Shown here: one piece after another, positions 48,287-58,681 of the stretch
Position numbering within the stretch: position 1 is the first letter of the stretch
Layout of the letters: each line of letters starts with the position of its first letter
Assembly (NCBI GenBank): GCA_029953675.1
Contig: JAMWBK010000004.1
Coordinates: 3,127,942-3,191,941 of the forward strand
Direction: 5' to 3'
From: Rhodosorus marinus CCMP1338
Lineage: Eukaryota > Plantae > Rhodophyta
Length of the DNA stretch: 64,000 bases
Notes under the pieces: model-generated
Database searches by the model: none
Seen by the model: only the letters and a program-made list of their open reading frames with translations
Told to the model about the DNA's origin: nothing
Made by a program: the position numbers and the translations under genes

Positions 48287-51073
48287 GCTACCAATAATAC
48301 TATGACAGCCTGTCGATTTCAAAAGTAACCGTGCGTGCGGTATACTTTTTGTAGTTTGGCTCCAATCCCTGGCGTTGGACAGTTTTTGGTTTCGTGAGGG
48401 TGTATGGTGCTGGCTTTTGGTGGTTTTGAGTCGCAATTGTGTTCTTCGGTGGGAGGCGCTTCTTTCTGCAGCCTTTTCCCCCGCATCTTCTAGTGGTGTG
48501 GTGCGTGCTGGGGGTTGCTAGCGCCCCTTGGAGGTCGGGGTGGTTTTTCTTTGGTTGCAAACGTTGGGAACAAGTTCTCTTTTTGGGGGTTTCGTGGGGA
48601 ATCGGTTTTTCACACCTTCCAATCGTAATGGTTGGGGTTTCCCCACCCATTCCGGCGGACGGAGCCGTTCTCTCAGCGCGCGTGGAGCTCAGCGTGGGCG
48701 GGTTTAGTACCGCGGCCACCCTCACGGACTGCGCTGACGAGTTAGCCCATGGGATCTGCTCGAAACTGACGAGTCTTATTGTGACTGCTTCCCAGGAACA
48801 CCGCCTGCCCCTGCTGATCGCCTATTTGGAGCGCTTCTCCGCCTCCGCGCCTGCCCCATACCCCCCGGTGCCCGTCCCCGCGGATCCGCACGGTACAGCG
48901 GGGCCTGCCTCCACCCGACCCGAGCGCTCCGCTCCGGTCATTCCTGATTCCGCCTGGCCTACCCCTATTCAAGGACAGACGCCTCCTGGGCCCACGTCGG
49001 GCCCGAATCCTGCTCCCTCCAGTGCCCCACGTGCGACCTATTCGCAGGTCCTGCGCAGGGGCTCTTCTGAACAACGCACGACGGCAATGGTGCGTATGAT
49101 GCCACAACACATCCCTATTGACTCTTCTCGCCAACTATCTCCGTTCCACTTTGTTTGGATGACGAACGTCCCCAGACCCCCTCTCGTGGTCGGGGCCGCG
49201 CGCCCGTCAACTACCGCGATTTTCGCGACACCATGGCTTCCTCCCTTGGGGTCGCCCCGTCTGAATTCCTATATGTGGACTTCACGGCCCTCATGCCTGT
49301 TTTCTTGTTACGGACTCGGCTTACCAGTTCCTTCAATCGCTTGTAACCACCCCCGCGCCCCAGCGCTCAGCTCTGGCCAACATGATACTGACTCGTCCTC
49401 ATGTCTCTTTGTTTGTCGAGTTCGATCGTTTTGACGCCGGCTGGGTTCCTCCGTCAGCCTTGCAAAACCTGGATGCCTCGCAGGCTTCGGTTGTCGCGCT
49501 ACACACTCATGCGGCGCGGCTCTCGCGCATACAGGCGAGCCTCTTCGCGCGTTTTCCTCCTCGCGGGGTCCTCCGCACCGCGCTAGAGGCCTTCCTCTCC
49601 ACTGAGGCCACCCTGCTGGAAGCCCACCCTGCGTTTGACCTTCTGCCGCCGACTCTTGAGCACCCTTCCTCCCCTCGCCCTGTCTCCGAGGCTCGTGACA
49701 CCGACATGGCAGAAGCACCATCGGCCTCTCCGAATCCGCTGGCTAAGGACACCCTCAGTGAAGACTCCGCTGCTGAAAACCCTGTGTCTACTTTCTTCAG
49801 GTCTTTTAGTTCCTTCGTGCCCCCCCCACGTAAGCGTCGTGCGGCTCCTGAGCCTCCCTCCGAGGCACCTCCTCCGGATATTCGATCTGCCTTCCCAACT
49901 GAGGGGAGGCCCGATGTCTGAGTCTTCCTCCTCCTCGTGCGTGTCGTCCCGGTTACCCTTGTTTACCAGTGACCGCTCAGCCTGGCATGAGCGTGTTCTC
50001 TCGTGGTTTTCGCACCTTGTCGCCTCCTACCCGGACGGTTCCCTTCCCCTTTGTCGTCAGAGCACGGCCGTACGGCTCCCTCGTCGACTTCATAAGCCCC
50101 TAGGATTGGTGTTGGATTTTCTCTGGCAGCAGGTCGCCGCGAACCCTCACTGCTCTCTTCGCTGGGAACTCTTGTTCTTTTTTCCCCGCCTCGTGCTCAC
50201 CTCCTCTACCGTCCCCCTCAACCCACATCCTCGCCGGGTCCACCCTCGCCGAAAACTGCAAATGTTCCTTTCCGGCGACTTTGAGGACCTCGAACATCTT
50301 TATTTCGCTTCTCTCTCTTCCTTTTCTCCTAGTGCTCCCTCAGCTTTTAGGTCTTCTCGACAGAATCGGGCGCGTCACGCGGTGGCAGGCGGTGATCTGC
50401 GGCGGGCAGCCGGGATCCTCCAGCAGCGGCAACCTGTGGTTCCATACTCCGATGATCTTTCTTCACCGCTCCGTTTGCTCTTTCCCTCGGAAGGCTCCCC
50501 TTGGGACTCCTCGTTTGAATCACTGTTGGAAGAGTACCGCGCCGCGCCAAATCCCAGTGCGCGGTTAGTGGTCAATCTGGAGGAGGTGCGTGAGTTGGTT
50601 CATGATGCTCCGAAGGGCCGTTCCCCAGGGCCCTCGGGGCTGCGGGTGGAATATCTCCGTTTCTTAAGTGATGAAGGTTTGAAGGCGTTGGCGTGGGTGG
50701 TCGAAGCGCTTGTGAATGGTGATCCCCTGTGTGAGTGTGCGTGGTTCTTGGTCGGGCGTTCGCAATTGTGTCTGCTTTCAAAGCCCGGCCACACGGCCTC
50801 GAGCCCTGCTATTCGCCCTATTGGCCTGGTTGAGATGGTCCGCAAATTGGCGGCGCAATGGTTAGTGAAAATCCTGGTTCCCGAATCCCGCCGTTTCTTT
50901 GGGCACGTGCAGTTAGGCGTGGGCTATCGTGGTGGCTGTGAGTTGTTGTCTGTTTTACTCCGTTCGGAAATGGCGTACTCCCCAGATTCTGGGCTCCTCT
51001 CTGTAGATTTACCAACGGAGAACGTGTCAGCTACCAATAATACTATGACAGCCTGTCGATTTCAAAAGTAACC
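48285..51073 (+). repeat. 46-bp direct repeat pair (48285-48330 and 51028-51073)
   Basis: CAGCTACCAATAATACTATGACAGCCTGTCGATTTCAAAAGTAACC is present identically at both positions. Confidence 0.95.
48331..51010 (+). mobile_element. Divergent CRE-like non-LTR element (family C): frameshifted ORF1, ORF2 from ATG 49914, 3'-truncated inside RT
   Basis: WELLFFFPRLVL, GRSPGPSGLRVEYL, LSKP...IRPIGLVEMVRKL, VQLGVGYRGGCE; breaks off at LLSVDL. ORF2 ATG overlaps the ORF1 TGA (ATGTCTGA 49914-49921). Confidence 0.85.
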
Positions 51074-51300
51074 ATGATTCATTACATGATAATGGCAACG
51101 TTTCATCGGGAGAAATAATCATGATTCAATACCTAGGTCAGAGATGATTGATTATTATGTTAACATTGATAGAATATCGGACGATTTTTCAGACCGATTT
51201 ATCGCACGACAGGTAATCGGATCTGGTTTTACGGAGAATTTCAATCAGACCCCGCCGGGTAATTGCTTACTGTGTTTCAAGAGTCTAGCCACTTCGAAAA

Positions 51301-51417
51301 TTTATCGGACCGTCCGATAAAGGTTATCGGACGGCCCCCATGACTCTACCCCACATAGATCCACTGTCATAAATGTTATCGGACGGCCCATGACTACCCT
51401 ACATAGATCCACTGTCA
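51301..51417. repeat. Perfect 21-bp palindrome plus ~47-bp imperfect tandem duplication
   Basis: TTTATCGGAC-C-GTCCGATAAA at 51301-51321; GTTATCGGACGG...CCACTGTCA at 51323-51369 and 51375-51417. Confidence 0.8.
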
Positions 51418-52394
51418 GTCGGTGAGGCCGGGACGTCCGTGTTTTTTTTTTTAATCAGTAGTGTCGGGCGTTTACCCTCAACTATATCTTATCCTAATAA
51501 AAACAGGGGGAGAGGGGAAGCTCAAGTTTGCAATACTTCTTTTAGAAGGATCCCCAAGTAGGTTTTTCTTATACCGCTTGGATAGGGATGTTTGGGACTT
51601 GCCACTAAGCATTTGATGTTTTGTGATTCTATGAGACCGCCCCGGTGGGGGGGGGGCGCGATGACGAAATAGATTCCACGCCATCATGCTGCGTTTGTAC
51701 GGGCTCATCCGCACTACATGATGGTTGATAACGAAACGTTTCTCCTGGTCTGAACGAAACCCTGGGGCGGTGGCCAGTTTCCAAACTATACGTTTGCACA
51801 GGATTCTACGTGATTCAACCGTTTCTTCTCAAAATGTACTCGGATGGAGTTTCCTGCTGCGGCGTATGACACTGTTTTAAATGTGTCGGATGAACGCGAT
51901 CGTCGCTGGCTGCCGCGCGTGGCGGAGTCCTTTCTTTTTCACTCTGTTTTTTTATTTAGTCTGCGATTAGACATAATCATTCAACGATGATTTGCTGTCT
52001 CGGCTTTTCGACAGACGGCTGCAAGGGGTAAATTGACGAAAGAACAAACGAAAGGCTTGGGGTTGGGGGGGCGGGGGTTTGATTTACTAATGCTCGTGAG
52101 TGCGGTGTCCCAAAAAGAAATGGGACATCTGCAATAAAATCATAAATGTAACGTTTTCCGGATTTTTTGACACACGCTTTTTTCGATAGAAAGCTTGTTT
52201 TTTTGCCCCCATTTTGAAAATACCGTCATCGCTAAAACCCACGTTCTGGCAGAAATTTGCTGCACTGGAATGGGCTGGGAGGAAGACAACCGGGCTGGAA
52301 GGGGTGGCGGTCTGACCCTAAGATGGAACTGGACGAGATCTGGGTTGGGGGGAGGAAAAAGGTCTGGGTCTCCTGGACAGGGGGTTTGGGTATC

Positions 52395-53151
52395 TTCAGA
52401 GCGCCTGAGTGATTTTTTGTTGCGCTGCGGTAGGTAGCTGCCGAATAGAGGCTACGGGGATACGAGAGGTGTACTACCTGTCATAGTACTCATCGTACTA
52501 ACGACGGACAAAGATTCCACGACTGTCAGACCTCGACTGGGCCGTGGCAACGACACGATGAGATCCGTACCAAGCTGGCGATATGGCTTAACCTATGGTT
52601 CCGGGAGGCTAAGCAGGAACCCACAGACTAATCTACGAACTCCAATCTGAGACCCGATCTAGTAGCCATCCACCCTAGAACCCTACCCCCATTTGCGATC
52701 CATGTGACGGTGGTCTCGCCCCTACAAGCTAGAAACCTCCCAAACAGCAAAGACACCAACAAATATGCAGCAAAGCACGCCTAGCGCTGGAAACTTGCTT
52801 GTACAAAGAGGCCAAGGCGACTGAACTTCTAGACGACAAAATTCATTCCGATTACCTTCGAAAGGACTGGACAGATCACCCAGGATGTTCTGCGAAAAGG
52901 TTGTGGTCACATGCTGACCAAAGCGGACGGGGCGAGCAATGAGCTCAAATCAAAAGAACACTTTGGGTCGGGAACGTAGAGCTTGCATTGCCGGCTCTGC
53001 GTGGGGATCAGTCGCACCAGCCACAGACTCCTTATTTTTCTTTTTATCGTAGCTAGAGACCCCGGGGTGCAGGGTTAAGCCCACTCATCTTGCCTAGCTA
53101 GTGATAGAATTAGTCTTGCCCTCCAATAGGCAGCTGCTAAGCAAGGTTTAC
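52395..53151 (+). mobile_element. Two decayed relics of the telomere-targeting elements: 3' tip (about 52395-52455) and 5'-truncated copy (52464-53151) separated by GGGGATAC
   Basis: ERCTTCHSTH...QRFH, TSTG.WQRHDE, LRPDL..IHP, KFIPI. 3' UTR matches the 36070-36182 relic; preceded by degenerate telomere-like text at about 52310-52390. Confidence 0.75.
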
Positions 53152-53540
53152 ATATTCTTCTCATGCGCACACACATATCTTGTTCTCAAAATCTTGTGTT
53201 CGATCGCAGAAGCTTTTACTGGGTATTGGCGAGGAAATGTACACAGTGCTTTTATTGAAATGTCGTGGCCAATCAGAAGAACAACTAGTAATTTGCAATG
53301 AAAATCAAGCGAAACCTCCGTACCGTAGCTTTCGAAGGTAACAACTCCGTCTAGCTGAACCTTGAAGAGGAAATAGAGATACCACATATCCACTCAAAGC
53401 TGAAAACTGTACGGAGTACATTTAACTCGAATCTTGGACAGTCTTCCACACAAGTAGGTGGAACTAGCTTTTCGCCGTAAGCTTTTGTCCCAGCTCGTTT
53501 CCGCGTTTTTCGATCTGTTTGACCTTCTTCCCCCACCCCC

Positions 53541-53680
53541 CTAACCTCCCCCTCTAAACAAAAAATGCTAGCCAACCACTACTTCGTCGCCCACCCCCCA
53601 AAAAGAAAAACTAACCTCCCCCTCTAAACAAAAAATGCTAACCAACCACTACTTCGTCGCCCGCCCCCTAAAAAGAAAAA
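53541..53680. repeat. 70-bp tandem duplication
   Basis: CTAACCTCCCCCTCTAAACAAAAAATGCTA...AAAAGAAAAA at 53541-53610 and 53611-53680 with about three substitutions. Confidence 0.92.
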
Positions 53681-54281
53681 CTTTTTCTTTCACAAATCGA
53701 TCATTATGTTTATAGTTTAGGGAAACAATGAACTGTGTCTTTTGTTATTTTGGGAAATAATATAAACAGGTATGGATTGATATATTTAGGTGTTAGGAAT
53801 TTTCTCAATTAGCTTAAATAACTTTTGGAATTTTTGCATGTTTCTCCGATTTGGTTATTGTCGGGCTTGGTATGGGTTTCGGAAGGAAGGAAGGATTTAA
53901 TCGGAGGCTAAAAACAAAAACCCCGAGGGAAAAAAGACTAAGCACCGCGAAGATCGCGGGCCTCCAATAACAACGCAGCGTTCATACGCCACAGCAAGAA
54001 GCTCAGGCGAGTAAACAAAGATTGTAACCGGTCCGGGCGTTCGCGAAATATCTCCCGTAGCCAACGAGATCCAACGGAGTCCACAAAGCCGAAGGATTCG
54101 ATGACCACACGTACCTCGGGGGGGGGGGGTAGACAGTGCTTTTCGGAAGGCGCGTACTTCGAGTGAGCGCTACGCTATAAGAAGCTTTGGACAGAGGTTT
54201 GAAGACAGTTGGGGTGGTTGAAGGTCAACACCTATTAAACAGAGGACAGGTAAGAAAAAAAAAAAAAAAGGGGAAGAGAAA

Positions 54282-55376
54282 ATGGCGAATACAATACTGT
54301 TCGGATTGGTTTTGGTGGTGGCACTCTACGTGAGTGCCGCTCAGCAAGCGAATGTGGTGGTCGTCACTGGGGATAATCAGAACATCATCCAGCTCAACCA
54401 TGCGCACACGATGGACATTGTGCAGACTATTCAGCATAGTGAAAAGAAGCTGTTTCAGGTCCTTTCGCTGGCGACAAATGTGTACGTGTCGGCCGTGAGT
54501 ACCCCCAGTAACTACCCCCAGGCTGAGATTCTGATGTATGAAGTCCAATCCGGAACGAACACGCTTAAGTTTGTGCAAAAGGCGACGTTCGCACCTGATT
54601 GTGGGCAGCCGGTCGCGTTGACAGCAAGCTACGACTACACCGACCAGGCGGTGCTGGCTATGACGTGCTCGGATACCGAATGGGTTGTGGTTATGGATGC
54701 GTGGACACTGTCGGTGGACCAGATAGTTGGGAAACCTAGAATCAAGGACATCACTATCACAGGTATCACCGAGTCTGCGTTGACCGCCAAGTACCTCTAC
54801 GTCACCTACGGCATCAGCGCTGTTGACAACGACGACAAGGGTTTGCTGGTCCAGTACAGCCGGACCACCCCGTATGAGATCCTCAACACCCTCGTAGTTC
54901 GTGGTCAGTATTCTCACCTCTTGATCGCCGGAGGCAGTAATCTTTTCCTGACGACGTCGGGCAACGGCCCATCCTACCTCCTCCAATTGAACCCAAACAC
55001 CCTCGAGGAAATTGATCGGAGAAGCCCAAAGAACCTCGATTTTCTCCGGATGACCATGAGTCCCGACCAGCTGAGTATGTACATGTACGTTCAAAATCCA
55101 AATGGGAGAAGGGGAAAAATTCGAAGCTTCGACCAGAGGAGTTACCCGGCCCAGAAGTATTGCCCCGATGTCGAAATCGACTTGCCCCCTGGCACCCAAT
55201 CCATCGTCGTCGAGGGCTACCTGTTTATCAGGACCGCCGGGACGGTGACAAGGTTAAACCTCGTGGATGAAACCGGATGTCCCAGTCCGGATGTTCAGGG
55301 CAACATTATTCTAAACGACGACGTAGTTTACTCTGGCGTTGCTATGGCCTGCCTGGAATGCCTTCCGATCGCTTAA
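54282..55376 (+). CDS. Secreted 364-aa protein, probable beta-propeller fold, intronless
   Basis: Signal peptide MANTILFGLVLVVALYVSAA, ~45-aa beta-rich repeats (KYLYVT, NLFLTT, SMYMYV, YLFIRT), paired cysteines. Confidence 0.8.
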   Translation: MANTILFGLVLVVALYVSAAQQANVVVVTGDNQNIIQLNHAHTMDIVQTIQHSEKKLFQVLSLATNVYVSAVSTPSNYPQAEILMYEVQSGTNTLKFVQKATFAPDCGQPVALTASYDYTDQAVLAMTCSDTEWVVVMDAWTLSVDQIVGKPRIKDITITGITESALTAKYLYVTYGISAVDNDDKGLLVQYSRTTPYEILNTLVVRGQYSHLLIAGGSNLFLTTSGNGPSYLLQLNPNTLEEIDRRSPKNLDFLRMTMSPDQLSMYMYVQNPNGRRGKIRSFDQRSYPAQKYCPDVEIDLPPGTQSIVVEGYLFIRTAGTVTRLNLVDETGCPSPDVQGNIILNDDVVYSGVAMACLECLPIA

Positions 55377-55552
55377 GGCAGCTTTGAACCCACGAGGAGG
55401 AAGCTACTCTGTCAGAGCGCTCCGCAACGCAGAGGAACTTTCAGTTAGGAACGGAACTGGCTGTTGTGATTATTCTGGCTGTTATGGGGAGCCAGGTTGT
55501 TGTTTCTTTAGAGAATAGTGTAAATTTTCGTTGAAGAGTTCTGTGGTTCTAC

Positions 55553-55574
55553 CTCTCTCTCTCTCTCTCTCTCT
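55553..55574. repeat. (CT)11 microsatellite
   Basis: Direct reading. Confidence 0.95.
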
Positions 55575-55784
55575 GTACTGTCGCCATCCGTTAACCACCC
55601 CACTGTCGCCTGGCTCTTGTGAGGAGTTGTGATTGAGTAAAAAGATACTTTGAAATCGATCACTGTTTCGAATGCCAGCGTTTAGAAATATTAGAAACCG
55701 CTGATGCGAGTTGGATTTGAATGCATCATGTTGAATAGTGAATGTCGTTCTGCTCCCCAGATGTGGCTGGGGTTACGTTAGTCT

Positions 55785-57726
55785 ACTGGCGAACCCCCCC
55801 TGACTGGGGAGGGAAACTCGACAAATGGTACCTGTGCACCCGGGGGAGAGAATCTCACCCAAGCTGATCAACCACGGGAAGCGGAACACGCAGAACAGTG
55901 TGTGCCCTCTGACCACGATGCTCACCAAGGAGAAAATACTGACGCAGAGATGGAACCAGCGCCCGCCTCTCCAGATGTTGATGCCGTACAAGAGGTCTTG
56001 AGGCAGCTGGCTAAATACACCGACTTTTACAGGGATGTTGGGGTCTGTCGGACGGAGATCCTTCGATTCTTTACGGGCGTACACAAGTTATATTCGAGAG
56101 CAGGGAACACCGGCGACCTCAAAGGCATCACCGACAGCATCGAGGAGCTGAGCGAGAACCCCCTTACCTGGGTCCCTGGGGCACAACAACCACCCGGCAG
56201 ATCTGGGGGTGAGCGGCCTGCTCAGATACCCAATCAACTGGGGAATCAGCCTCCGTTGGTCACCAACTTGGGACACCGACAAATGGGACACCCGCACCTG
56301 GGACAGGCGAGGACTGGAGCACCCAATTTTGGCAATATGGGACAAGCTGGGCTGGTGGGCCAGGGACAGCCAGGACAGCAGCCGCTGGGACAGTCCCATC
56401 CCGGCACCATGGGACAGGAGAACGAAGAATTTCCAACTTTGCTACAATCAGTTTCTGGGTTCTCCCTGGGACACACCACCCCGGGACATACCCCTGTAAG
56501 TGGAACCTACGCCCACCGGGCCTCTAAGGCAGTGGGCATGAGACAACGCACTGCCTTACGCCAACTCCATGCGACCGTAGGAGGCAGTCGATGGGGTCCG
56601 GACACCCATCCGGTACTGGCAACCTTGCGCAATGTTAGGCCGCCGCGCACAGAGGTGGTGGCGCTGGCAGACTACAAGAAAGTGCTCTGCACGGCTCTGG
56701 GCCTACCGGCACACCTGATCGCGCACATTGATTTCGTCGCCACCCATGCGACGCTGATCTGCCACCCAGATGCCATGCCGCTTATTACCAGCGCAATTGC
56801 GGGGGGAGTTTTTCGCACCGGAGTGTTCGCTTCGTTTGCAAAGCGCCGACACGACCACCAAGTGATGGTGCACACGAGTCACGAGCCAGATGCCCAGAAC
56901 CTACTCGGGTACACCGAGAGACGCGGCCTGCGTCCGGAAGAAATTGCACCGCGGACCATCGACCGCGCTATCGAGCAGGTGCAGCGCATGAAACACACCA
57001 TGACTCTGCGGGCGCTTCCGTTCTCGACGTCTGCGTCGATCCATACGCTCCTTGACGCACGCATGGAGTATCTGCGGACAAACCAGAGTTCTCTAGCACG
57101 AAAGGGCGATCCTGAGAGCCTCCCTGCGATGGGAGGTTGTGAGGCGAGGGTGAACACCGCGGGGCACGACTCCGCCAACGCCGAGGCCTCCATGGCTGCG
57201 AACGAAGGGGAAACCACCACTGAAGAGGACGAAAATCCTCATGCAGAGTTGCCCATTAACCTGGACACAGCACCACCGTGCGAGAGCACTATGAACGCCA
57301 TCGACCAGTCAGCCTCGATGGAATTCGAGCATGGACAGGAGGAAGATGCTGACGACAACCCGCACGCGGAGCTCCAGTGCAACATCCAGGAGCCTCCTAA
57401 GCAGAAGCGCACGCGCGTGGACGCTACGGCAGTCGCAGATGAGAGCATGGAGATGGACACCCAGGACGGCCAAGACAATACTCCCCAGTAATGCCGAGAC
57501 GCCCCACGAGTACTAAACGCCCGCGCGACGACTACACACCGAGCCCCTCTCGCTCACCTCGCAGAGCAAGCGCTCACCGACAACGACCTACTCCTGGGGT
57601 GCTGATAACCACCGACCCTGAAGCATGGCAGGCAAAACTCCACACGTTCCTGGACACCGCAACAGACTCCGGACGGTACTGGTGGATGGTCACCAACAGC
57701 CCAGTACGCACTCGAGAGCATGTCCC
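55785..57726 (+). mobile_element. Telomere-targeting element family D: ORF1 (open 55785-57491), TAATG, first ~78 codons of ORF2; 3'-truncated
   Basis: Follows CTGGGGTTACGTTAGTCT (55767-55784). ORF1 is homologous to ORF 58682-60265; ORF2 stops abruptly at TREHVP in telomeric repeat. Confidence 0.9.
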
Positions 57727-57752
57727 TAGTCTGGGGTTACGTTAGTCTGGGG
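57727..57752 (+). repeat. Perfect telomeric repeat tract capping the truncated family D element
   Basis: TAGTCTGGGGTTACGTTAGTCTGGGG. Confidence 0.92.
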
Positions 57753-57827
57753 GGTAACCCCTGACCAATAGGATCCTTATTGCTTCTTAATGGGCTCCAA
57801 TAGGGAGTTCTTCAGTAAAGTGTACGC
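57753..57827 (+). mobile_element. ~75-bp 3' tip of a further family
   Basis: GCTCC-AATAG-GGAGT hairpin and CAGTAAAGTGTACGC end, then GGTTACG. Confidence 0.6.
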
Positions 57828-57847
57828 GGTTACGTTAGTCTGGGGTT

Positions 57848-58557
57848 ACAACGGAGCAGTGCACCAGTTGCCGTAGGAAACATGGCCCAAATGGGGTGCA
57901 ACGATTTCAACACTGTCCAACATCGACGGGACTATGGCAGAGACGGCACGACGAGCTCTGTACGGAGCTAGGGAGATGGCTCAACCGATGGAATTTTCTT
58001 GACATACAGCAAGAACCGCAGAGGTATTTTGAGAATTACCAGCTGCGACCAGATATCGTGGCGACCCATCCAAAGACCTTTCAAAAGTACGCGATCGATG
58101 TGACGGTGATTTCACCGCTACAGGAAAAGTACATAAGGCGTGGCAGTGCAGAAAACGGGTATGCAGCGAAACTGGCGGAGAACTACAAGCTCGCGCACTA
58201 TAAAGAGGCGATGAGTGTGGAAAAGCCCGAGGAGAAGTTCATCCCGATCGCGATAGAGACCTTTGGGCGGAGCGGGAGGTTGACGCAAGACTTTTTGCGG
58301 GACAGTTGTAAACACTTGTTGCATCGAGATGAGGAGCTGAGGGATGCACGATCCCAGTTAAACAGGATCCTATGGCAGGGCAACGCGGCGATTGCGCTTG
58401 GCGCTCTACGTGCGGACCAGTTGGAGAACCCACTGGTTCCTGTTTTTTCTTTTGAACGTAGCATGAGACCCCGGTAGCGGGGTTGTTGTGAGTGATTCCC
58501 TAGATAGCAATCGGCTTAGTGTTACGTCGCATTAGGCGACTGCCCAATAAAGCTCAC
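57848..58557 (+). mobile_element. 5'-truncated copy of family B (about 710 bp)
   Basis: Matches 62772-63481 with one difference noticed (CTG vs CTA near 58340 / 63263); flanked by telomeric repeats. Confidence 0.95.
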
Positions 58558-58629
58558 GGTTACGTTAGTCTGGGGTTTACGGTTACGTTAGTCTGGGGTT
58601 ATGACGATAGTCTGGGGTATCTGGGGTTA
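58558..58629 (+). repeat. Telomeric and variant repeats between elements
   Basis: Two perfect units plus GATAGTCTGGGGTATCTGGGGTTA variants. Confidence 0.9.
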
Positions 58630-58681
58630 TTGGATAAGGTTCGCAATTAAGTTTGTAGGTTTGGTTCGCCTGGGGTAAAAT

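Noticed and set aside
54225-55199. 324-aa minus-strand ORF
   Set aside because: Antisense to the signal-peptide gene 54282-55376; no motifs of its own.
55755-55772. CCCCAG-ATGTGG-CTGGGG hairpin at the telomere seed before family D
   Set aside because: Only a 6-bp stem with a single occurrence; compatible with chance.
58630-58681. Possible HDV-like ribozyme at the element 5' end (as in R2)
   Set aside because: Only about 50 nt of 5' UTR and no nested double pseudoknot found by eye; needs an Infernal/RNArobo search to exclude fully.
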